Source: Calditrichia bacterium (lineage in GTDB: Bacteria; Calditrichota; Calditrichia; RBG-13-44-9; J075). Taken from it: DNA of 23,863 bases. A program made the position numbers and the translations under genes. This document shows positions 16,750-23,863 of this stretch, piece by piece; position 1 is the first letter of the stretch, and each line of letters starts with the position of its first letter. The notes beneath the pieces are model-generated. The model was not told the DNA's origin, did no database searches, and worked only from the letters and a program-made list of their open reading frames with translations. The stretch covers positions 1 through 23,863 of the forward strand of contig JBOEGD010000028.1 in assembly GCA_050633245.1 (NCBI GenBank). The letters run 5' to 3'.

Positions 16750-18600
16750 ATGCACCATCAATTTTCAAATTCTTTGCACTATCCTCTTGAGAGACATGTA
16801 GCAAGATCTGCTGCAAAATCCTCATGCTATCCTGTAAAGCCCAAGGCTGGATCGTTTTTATTATCCGTTCATCTAAGAGAGAAAACGCAGCTGCCATTGC
16901 AGCTGGCAGCAGATTATTCATTTGACAATCTAAATATCTCAACGAACGAAACACATGGAAAATCGTGGCACACCGCAGAAAATCCAGCCTATATGATTTT
17001 GCTGGATGGCCATTTATATCTCGATAGCTGCGGCACGATTGACAATAAAACCAATTTGGACAAACTGCTTCACTCTATAAGCATGAGCACGATTCAGAAG
17101 GGACTGCAAAAAATTGCAGGCGGTATTTTTTCGCTTATCATTATTGATAAGCAGCGCAGAAAACTGTTCGTTTCCGGCGATCGTTTAGGTGCAATGCCGC
17201 TATACTTCTCAATGCAAAATGATGAGCTGATGATAAGCAGTAATCAGTTCAACTTTACCAATAAAACGATGCGCGATTTTGCAGCAGTAGAATTTTTGAA
17301 ATACGGCTATCTGCCTTTTTCCGCCTCATTCTTCGAGGGTGTTGAACGATTACTTCCCGGACAAACGCTTTCGATGACGTTGCCGAAAGGCGAGTTAATC
17401 AAAAGTGAGCCGCAGGTTTTCGAGTTTAAGCCACTGCAAAATCGGGTGACCGAACTTCATGAAGCCGGCGAGATGCTACATCAGGCATGCGCGAAGTACT
17501 TTGGCAGGTTACGCGATTCGAACTATGCGCTGTCGCCGATGGGAGTTGGTGATTCTTCATTAGCTTTGGTATGGATGCGCTTTAAAGAGCCGGCACTTTT
17601 TCACTTACCCGTAGTTTCTGCAAACCATATTGAAGAGCTACTGCCAATGCGGATTGCAGAGCACTACAACTTTCCGGTAACACAAACGGCATTTGAAGAA
17701 AAACACCTGCTGGCGCAGACAGATCGCCTTCCAGAACTATACCGGGTTGCCGGTTCGCTGGAATTCACTAAGGTTTTGGCTTCGCATGATGCCGTACGAT
17801 CGATAAAACCCGATTACTATATCGACGCTTTTATGAGCGATGCCGTTTTCCAAACACATGCGGCAGACCCCGTACACGAATCTCAGCGAGGTGGTTTTGC
17901 GCCCGATTCACACAATAGTCCGATACGTAGTATTGATTATTATCAAAGTCAGCTTTACAACAGCCCCTATGCTATAAAGAACGACGATATGGGAAGTATT
18001 TTGTCGAAGGAGTATGAGGTTTGGTTTTTGAATTCAGCTCGAGGAACTCTTGAGGTTAATCGCCTGGCCGGACATGTGCACGAAGATTTTATTGAGTCGC
18101 TAAACAATTATACGCTGCATCGTTGTCTGCGAAGTATGTTGCCGGTTAGCCTTGCACCCGAGGTTAACACCCTTGCTCCTTTCGCCGACTATTCGATTAT
18201 GCAAACGTTTTACGACATTGACCGATCGCTTCGGCAGAATCATATTTTTTATTCTTATTACTGGAAAACTTTTTTCCCTGAGATTGCAGAAGTTCATCAA
18301 AAAGCAATTAAAGAAGCCCCCCGGAAGGTAAATCAACCCAAGCTTGGAAATCGGGTAAAACACATTCTGAAAAAGGTGTCTGGAAAAAGCGAAGCTAGTA
18401 TCAGCAATAAAAAGGCCTCACTCGATGCACTCTGTGAGTATAAACTGGCAGATCAGGCACTTAATCATCCATCAGATCTATGGCCGAAAGACATCGTACG
18501 GAAAATTGCCCAAATGGGGCATGGCGAGACTCTTCAAGATGAACTAAAAATAAGATACATCACGCTGGATACATATTTAAAACGGTCGGAAAAAGCATAA
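16750..18600 (+). CDS. Asparagine-synthetase-like (AsnB-fold) protein, degenerate
   Basis: Ntn-like segment 'LDGHLY...GIFSLIIID...LFVSGDRLGAMPLYF...FEGVERLLPG' and C-terminal 'APFADYSI'. The PP-loop is degenerate (PMGVGDS) and there is no N-terminal Cys. Start codon uncertain. Confidence 0.6.
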   Translation: MHHQFSNSLHYPLERHVARSAAKSSCYPVKPKAGSFLLSVHLREKTQLPLQLAADYSFDNLNISTNETHGKSWHTAENPAYMILLDGHLYLDSCGTIDNKTNLDKLLHSISMSTIQKGLQKIAGGIFSLIIIDKQRRKLFVSGDRLGAMPLYFSMQNDELMISSNQFNFTNKTMRDFAAVEFLKYGYLPFSASFFEGVERLLPGQTLSMTLPKGELIKSEPQVFEFKPLQNRVTELHEAGEMLHQACAKYFGRLRDSNYALSPMGVGDSSLALVWMRFKEPALFHLPVVSANHIEELLPMRIAEHYNFPVTQTAFEEKHLLAQTDRLPELYRVAGSLEFTKVLASHDAVRSIKPDYYIDAFMSDAVFQTHAADPVHESQRGGFAPDSHNSPIRSIDYYQSQLYNSPYAIKNDDMGSILSKEYEVWFLNSARGTLEVNRLAGHVHEDFIESLNNYTLHRCLRSMLPVSLAPEVNTLAPFADYSIMQTFYDIDRSLRQNHIFYSYYWKTFFPEIAEVHQKAIKEAPRKVNQPKLGNRVKHILKKVSGKSEASISNKKASLDALCEYKLADQALNHPSDLWPKDIVRKIAQMGHGETLQDELKIRYITLDTYLKRSEKA

Positions 18601-18659
18601 ACAGAAGTTAAGACAAACAATATCAAGTTATTAATATTAAACTTTTACGGAGATGTATA

Positions 18660-20096
18660 ATGAAAATCATCGTTGCTGGGACAGGATATGTAGGCTTGGT
18701 TCAGGCCGCTGTCTGCTCCGAATATGGACATCAGGTTTACGCCTACGACAATAATGTTGAAAAAATCAAGTCTTACGCTTCTGGCGAATCAAGCGAGATA
18801 GAGAAGTATGTAAACGAGCCGGGCTTGTCTAACCTCATCAAAGACATGCTGGGAAAGTATCTGTTCTTCTCGAGTGATATTGAGACCATCCTCGAAGGTA
18901 CAGACGTAATTTTTCTCTGCCTGCCTACACCGCCTAACTTGGATGGCTCTACAAATCTAACGTTCTACGATGCAGCAGCCAGCGAGCTTGCAACGCTTCT
19001 GGCAAAACGTAAAGATAAGCGTCGTGTTGTTCTCGTAAACAAAAGTACGGTTCCGATTGGAACAGCCAGACATTTGGAAGGCATTATGGCCGAGCATGGC
19101 GTCGAAAACGTTGGTGTTGCCTCCAACCCTGAGTTCCTTGCTGAAGGAACAGCCGTTACTCAAGCGCGAAAACCAGATCGCCTTGTTATTGGATGCGATA
19201 CCGAAGCAGATTTCAGGATCTTAAGACGCGTATACTCTCAGTTTGTAAATCACGTACGCATTAAGTATATCGAAACGACTCCGGAAACCTCCGAAGCAAT
19301 CAAATATGTGGCAAATACCATGCTGCTCACCTATATCTCATTTTGGAATGGGGTTGGTGCCCGCATTGGCGAAAAGATAGACAATGTACGCATCGCAGAT
19401 TTGCGTCGTGGAGTAACTGCTGACGACCGCATCAGCACCTGGGGTTCATACGTTAGCAATGGCGCCGGTGGAAGCTGTTTTGGCAAAGATATCCAGTCAC
19501 TTATTTATCAACTACGTCGTGTAGACGTCAATACAAAGATGCTGGAATCTTCTTATGAGGTTAACGAATATCAAAAAGTATATTTGGTAGATCGCGCTAT
19601 TACCGAAGCAGATTTTAGCTTTAGCGGTAAAACCGTTGCCGTGTTGGGACTCGCATTTAAAAAGCAAACCAACGATATGCGCGATGCTTCATCCATTAAG
19701 GTTATCGAGACGCTGCTCGGAAAAGGCGTAAAGCGCATCAAGGCATACGATCCGCTTGCCATTCCTGAGGCAAAGCATGAATTTTCCCCAACCAAAAACA
19801 TTCTGTTCGAAAAGATCGAGTATTTTCATAATGCTCAGGATGCTATCGAAGAGACAGATGCTGTCTTCGTTTCCGCAGATTGGGAAGAATTTCGCGGCCT
19901 CTCCGGCACCATCGAAAATACGGTTAAGCCACCTTATTTAATTATTGACGGTCGTCGCATGATTCCGGATTTCCAGGAGCTGGTCGATAGAGGATTCTCC
20001 TATATCGCAGTCGGCTCTGCCGCAATGTTGCCCGAATCGGATAAAGGCTCCGATTCCGAAAAGAAAAACGGTTCAAAAAAAGAAGTAACTGCTTAA
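18660..20096 (+). CDS. UDP-glucose/GDP-mannose dehydrogenase family protein
   Basis: GTGYVG, LPTP, NKSTVP, SNPEFLAEG, catalytic GGSCF, GLAFK..TND.R, YDP, DGR; GGAG RBS. Confidence 0.92.
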   Translation: MKIIVAGTGYVGLVQAAVCSEYGHQVYAYDNNVEKIKSYASGESSEIEKYVNEPGLSNLIKDMLGKYLFFSSDIETILEGTDVIFLCLPTPPNLDGSTNLTFYDAAASELATLLAKRKDKRRVVLVNKSTVPIGTARHLEGIMAEHGVENVGVASNPEFLAEGTAVTQARKPDRLVIGCDTEADFRILRRVYSQFVNHVRIKYIETTPETSEAIKYVANTMLLTYISFWNGVGARIGEKIDNVRIADLRRGVTADDRISTWGSYVSNGAGGSCFGKDIQSLIYQLRRVDVNTKMLESSYEVNEYQKVYLVDRAITEADFSFSGKTVAVLGLAFKKQTNDMRDASSIKVIETLLGKGVKRIKAYDPLAIPEAKHEFSPTKNILFEKIEYFHNAQDAIEETDAVFVSADWEEFRGLSGTIENTVKPPYLIIDGRRMIPDFQELVDRGFSYIAVGSAAMLPESDKGSDSEKKNGSKKEVTA

Positions 20097-20123
20097 TAAA
20101 AGCCTCATTTTTATCCACAATTT

Positions 20124-20167
20124 GCGTATCCGGTAATCTATGTACTTGCCGGATACGCTTTTTTTTT
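20124..20167 (+). terminator. Rho-independent terminator after the dehydrogenase gene
   Basis: GCGTATCCGGTAA / TTGCCGGATACGC stem followed by T9. Confidence 0.85.
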
Positions 20168-20174
20168 GCATAAT
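20146..20174 (+). promoter_or_regulatory. Candidate sigma70 promoter for rmlC overlapping the terminator
   Basis: TTGCCG (20146-20151), 17-nt spacer, CATAAT (20169-20174). Confidence 0.5.
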
Positions 20175-20208
20175 GTGGTTTCCCGAAACTTAAGACCGGA
20201 GCAACACG

Positions 20209-20763
20209 ATGTCTCTTAAAGCTACACCCACTGAAATCCCAGACGTACTGATTATAGATCCACCGGTGTTTGGCGATCACCGCGGCTTTTTTATGGAAGT
20301 CTTCCATGCAAAAAAATACGCCGAGCTGGGCATTCCTCATACCTTCGTTCAGGACAATCGCTCTCAGTCGAGCAAAGGTATTCTTCGAGGCCTGCACTAC
20401 CAAAAGATTAATCCACAGGCCAAGCTGGTCAGCGTACTTGCCGGCGAGATTTTCGATGTCGCAGTTGATATTAGAAAAGAGTCCCCGACTTTTGGAAAGT
20501 GGGTAGGGGTTTATCTTTCGGGAGAGAACAAGAAGCAGCTCTATATTCCGCAAGGATTTGCACATGGTTTTTACGTTGTAAGCAAAACGGCTGATGTAAT
20601 GTATAAATGCAGCGACCTGTACAATCCCGCAGGCGAGCGTGGCTTGCTTTGGTCAGATCCGGCAGTCGGCATCGACTGGTCACTGGATGGAAAACCAGCA
20701 CTTTCTGAGAAGGACACAGTGTATCCTGTGCTGGCAGATATTCCGGAAGAAGATTTGTTCTAA
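20209..20763 (+). CDS. rfbC: dTDP-4-dehydrorhamnose 3,5-epimerase
   Basis: FGDHRGFF, FVQDN.S.S, LRGLHYQ, DVAVDIR..SPTFGKW, IPQGFAHGF; GGAG RBS. Confidence 0.96.
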   Translation: MSLKATPTEIPDVLIIDPPVFGDHRGFFMEVFHAKKYAELGIPHTFVQDNRSQSSKGILRGLHYQKINPQAKLVSVLAGEIFDVAVDIRKESPTFGKWVGVYLSGENKKQLYIPQGFAHGFYVVSKTADVMYKCSDLYNPAGERGLLWSDPAVGIDWSLDGKPALSEKDTVYPVLADIPEEDLF

Positions 20764-20766
20764 AGC

Positions 20767-21485
20767 TTATCGCTTCGCGCGGCTTTTCACGAAGAATCTC
20801 TCATTAAATGTTATGATAAGCCAGGGATCGTATAGTACAAGGGTCATTGGGCTCACAGACACTCCATTTGTGCTAAGAAATAACTGAGGTATTTGCAGGC
20901 GATAAGCAAACCTGGATGGTGTCAACCAATCTTCAGGCACTTGAGGAGAAGGTGTTGATACCGAGTACAGATAAACGGAGTCTTCCATAAAGCTATACCG
21001 ATTGTGAAAATAACTTGTAAAATACTGTTCTGAGTGAACAAATGTGCCGTTTACAAGACTATTTGCTTCCCCACTCAATTGACGAAATGATCTTGCAAGA
21101 TCCCACAAAACCAATTTGTCTTCAAGATGATCTTTGTAGATCATCGCATCACGTTCCTGTACTGAATAATCCCTAACGCCGTTTAAAATATAATATTCGT
21201 ATTCCAAAGCCAATAAATGCTGCGTAGGCACGCTATAGCGGCCACCACGCTGTTTAACTATTGTAATGCTGGTATCCTGGTAAACTTGGACAAAAGACTT
21301 AAAGCTATGATCGGCTTTAAAGCAAAAGAACGTTTTTAGACTGTCAACAGTAGCGGCCCCCCTGTCGTTATTTCCCAGTGACCTTCAACAGCTGAAGCAG
21401 TGACGACCGTGGGGCGCAATGATTCTTTTTCCGTACAAGCTGAGAAAACCGCAAAGCTCACTAACAACCCGCCCCAAAAACGCAA
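20767..21485 (-). pseudogene. Lipoprotein gene interrupted by a single-base frameshift in a G6 tract (pseudogene, phase-variable gene or sequence error)
   Basis: The 5' part (TTG 21485 to stop 21336) encodes a signal peptide and lipobox FSA-C, then 'VEGHWEI'. Adding one G to the run at 21357-21362 joins it in frame to the open frame containing track ORF 20767..21231, giving 239 aa. Confidence 0.65.
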
Positions 21486-21591
21486 TTCACCTCCACCGGA
21501 AAAACCGAAGCTATTGATATTAAGTCAGAATCGACATTTGAAATTCAATCGATTCTGGAAAGGTTTGAGCTTTTTCTAAAGGAAATAGTAC

Positions 21592-21635
21592 AAAAAAAAA
21601 TAGCCGCGGGCAATATTTGCCCGCGGCTATTTTTT
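21592..21635 (-). terminator. Strong rho-independent terminator for the spondin gene (bidirectional)
   Basis: Perfect AAAAAATAGCCGCGGGCAA-tat-TTGCCCGCGGCTATTTTTT hairpin; U9 on the minus strand. Confidence 0.9.
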
Positions 21636-21665
21636 AAAAAATCTATATAGACTCTACCATAAAGT

Positions 21666-23615
21666 TTACTGAACGGTAATTGTTACCTTAATCGTTCCAA
21701 CCACATCAGGATAAGTAAATCCATCATCCACTTCACGTACAACACCACCTTCTGTTGCACCTGTGTTGCCACCGGCTTGACGCGGTGCCTGGTTCGGTCC
21801 AACACCCGGGCGCTCATTTACCTCCGTGCCGGCATCCCAAAGAAGAACTTCTGCAGTAACGTCGCCGGTGCGTGGGTCATCGCTGGAATCGAATAGCGGA
21901 ATACCCATGCCGTCGGGACCAACAAATAAATCATTAGACTGAATGAACATGCTGGCAAAGTTTACATAGTCACCAGGCAAGCCCTCAACGGTAAATTCAT
22001 AAACGCCATTCGGACCAATTGGTGCCGGTGCGGAAGCACCAACCGGTGTATTGAATGCACCTACGGAAGAGATTCCAGCTTGTCCTTGCAGAGCAGCTAC
22101 CAGCGCAGTTGGATCACCATCCTCAGCGATTGCCTCAAGTCCTTCTCCACGATCTGCTTCTCCAACTGTAAAGAAAGGGTTCGCCTGATTGTGAACCATG
22201 TAAACACCTGGTGAAAACGGAACAAATAGCCCGGACTGTGAAGCCAGAGATGTATTGTGGGTGCCGGGGCTACCGTCTTCAGCGATGCCTTCCAGGCCTT
22301 CGCCACGATCTGCCTGTCCAACAGTAAAGAATGGAGCGTTAGCCATGTGTACGGCAAATGTTCCAGGAGCAAGAATCACGTTGATTCCGGTTTTAGCTCC
22401 AACTACCGGTCCAATATTACCAGGATTGCCAGACTCTGCGATATCGGCAAGGCCTTCACCACGATCGGCTGCACCGACGGTAAAGATCGGATCGGCTGCA
22501 CCGTGAATAACAAATACGCCCGGTGACAGCGGAACAGCCTGCGTATTGCCATCCGATGTAGAGAGCGTTGTTGCGGTAGACACGTTGGTAATGGTGAGCG
22601 TAAAGTTAGTTCCGCCATTTGCAGTCAGCGTTGCCTGAATAACATCGGCAACTGCCGGAAGGTTGTTGAACGTATCTGCTGCCAGACGAACGGTTGCATT
22701 CGCGTCAGGCGTATTGCCACTACCGCGCTGCGGCTGATTCGGACCAAGGCCTGGCTCTTCATCAGCCTCGGTTCCTGAATCCCACAGCTCGACCTGCGAG
22801 GTAACGTCACCACTAATCTGGTTGCCACTGCCGTCGAACAGCTCAATTCCATCACCATCCGGACCGTAGAAAAAGTCATTGGAAGGAATAAACATATTGG
22901 CGAACGTCAGCTTCGACCCCGGTGCGGCATCAAAGTTAACTTCATAGGATCCACCAGGGCCAATCGGACCAGGAGCACCTGCACCAACCGGTGTATTAAA
23001 AACGCCACTGCCGCTAAAGTCAAAACTCGTTCCAACATTCTCGATACGTGCAGTAAATTCGTTACCGCCATTTGCAGTCAGCATCACACTAATGGCATCA
23101 GCAACACTCGGATACGTATTGCCATCATTTACCAGGCGAACGGTATTATCCGGGTCGGCAGCACCAGTATTCGGACCACTCTGGCGAGGTGCCTGATTCA
23201 GTCCAACACCAGGAATCTCATTTGCTTCGGTTCCGGAATCCCATAGCTCAATCTGCGCGGTTACATCACCGCTAATCGGATTGCCACTGGCATCAAATAG
23301 ATCAATTCCTGCTTCGCCGGGGCCGTAGAATAAATCATTAGATTGTACAAACATAGTTGCAAGGCTCAGCTTATAGCCCGGTGCTGCGCTAAAGTTAAAC
23401 TCATAAGCGCCGCCGGAAAGGATCGGTCCGGGTGCTGAAGCACCAACCGGCGTATTAAAAACACCATGCGACATAATGCCGTACTGCTGAGTAAGGTTTT
23501 CAATGGACACCTTAAATGTGGTGGCCGTTGGATCCGGTGAAATGGGATCACTATCGTCCGAACAAGCTGCCAGAAAAAGAAGCAGCATACCTACTGCAAT
23601 AAAATTCTTCATCAA
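21666..23615 (-). CDS. Spondin-domain (Spondin_N-like) lipoprotein with three domain equivalents
   Basis: Lipobox LAA-C18; three copies each of 'SNDxF...LWDxGTE' and 'xPGxxxxH...GLxxIAExGxP'; AAAGGAG RBS at 23621-23627. Start is TTG 23615 or ATG 23612. Confidence 0.85.
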   Translation of the reverse strand: MMKNFIAVGMLLLFLAACSDDSDPISPDPTATTFKVSIENLTQQYGIMSHGVFNTPVGASAPGPILSGGAYEFNFSAAPGYKLSLATMFVQSNDLFYGPGEAGIDLFDASGNPISGDVTAQIELWDSGTEANEIPGVGLNQAPRQSGPNTGAADPDNTVRLVNDGNTYPSVADAISVMLTANGGNEFTARIENVGTSFDFSGSGVFNTPVGAGAPGPIGPGGSYEVNFDAAPGSKLTFANMFIPSNDFFYGPDGDGIELFDGSGNQISGDVTSQVELWDSGTEADEEPGLGPNQPQRGSGNTPDANATVRLAADTFNNLPAVADVIQATLTANGGTNFTLTITNVSTATTLSTSDGNTQAVPLSPGVFVIHGAADPIFTVGAADRGEGLADIAESGNPGNIGPVVGAKTGINVILAPGTFAVHMANAPFFTVGQADRGEGLEGIAEDGSPGTHNTSLASQSGLFVPFSPGVYMVHNQANPFFTVGEADRGEGLEAIAEDGDPTALVAALQGQAGISSVGAFNTPVGASAPAPIGPNGVYEFTVEGLPGDYVNFASMFIQSNDLFVGPDGMGIPLFDSSDDPRTGDVTAEVLLWDAGTEVNERPGVGPNQAPRQAGGNTGATEGGVVREVDDGFTYPDVVGTIKVTITVQ

Positions 23616-23774
23616 AAAATCTCCTTTAAATAAAGACTGTTAGGTTTAGTAATTGCGTTTCTGTCTCTTAACTGACACCAGTATAGTGCCCAAGTTTCAC
23701 AGAACTATCACAGGGACCTTGAGAAGAATTCAAAGAAAAATTTTTATATAAGTTGAATTGAAACAGCAGCTTAC

Positions 23775-23787
23775 AATCAAGCCCTTG
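23775..23787 (+). promoter_or_regulatory. IHF consensus site upstream of the spondin gene
   Basis: AATCAAGCCCTTG matches WATCAANNNNTTR exactly; a single short match could be chance. Confidence 0.35.
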
Positions 23788-23841
23788 AAGATTTGTTATA
23801 AACTTCAGATATGAAATAGGGTAATAATCACGAGAAACGGA

Positions 23842-23863
23842 CAGAAAGGCAGAAAGGCAGAAA
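23842..23863. repeat. Octamer tandem repeat (CAGAAAGG)n truncated at the window end
   Basis: CAGAAAGG CAGAAAGG CAGAAA read directly. Confidence 0.75.

Noticed and set aside
16501-16954. Short ORFs 16501..16761(-), 16583..16801(+) and 16700..16954(-)
   Set aside because: No RBS or recognisable motifs; they overlap each other and the AsnB-like gene.
20111-20119. DnaA box as evidence for oriC
   Set aside because: Single box with no cluster, unwinding element or origin-associated genes.
19942-20565. 207-aa minus-strand ORF
   Set aside because: Antisense shadow of rmlC and the dehydrogenase, crossing a terminator, with no protein motifs. The other short antisense or overlapping track ORFs were rejected for the same reason.
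23677-23692. Minus-strand GGGCAC-TATAC-TGGT as a sigma54 promoter for the spondin gene
   Set aside because: The -12 element matches TTGC poorly; only the IHF-like site gives weak support.

Overview
Bacterial chromosomal segment of roughly mid GC content. It uses canonical TTGACA/TATA-type sigma70 promoters and GGAG Shine-Dalgarno sites; an FCB-associated lineage such as Calditrichota/KSB1 is only a guess. The left half is an apparently light-regulated carotenoid locus. A B12-binding HTH regulator (CarH/LitR-like) heads a leftward operon with an SDR and a stand-alone B3/B4 tRNA-editing-like protein. It is transcribed back-to-back with a rightward operon: CrtYcd-type cyclase, two CrtI-family desaturases, crtB, acyltransferase, GT2, CruF-like hydratase and crtW. 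That operon runs by ATGA overlaps into a PAS histidine kinase and a sigma54 (NtrC-type) response regulator. Next come a candidate sigma54 promoter, an uncalled 40-aa ORF and a secreted hypothetical protein. The right half holds an FKBP/SlyD-type PPIase, an RsbW-like protein, rmlB, a degenerate asparagine-synthetase-like protein, a UDP-sugar dehydrogenase and rmlC. On the minus strand are a lipoprotein gene split by a frameshift in a G6 tract and a lipoprotein with three apparently nested spondin domains. Short 7-8-mer tandem repeats occur at both window ends. No rRNA, tRNA, CRISPR array or transposase was seen. All calls come from reading motifs by eye; no database searches were run.
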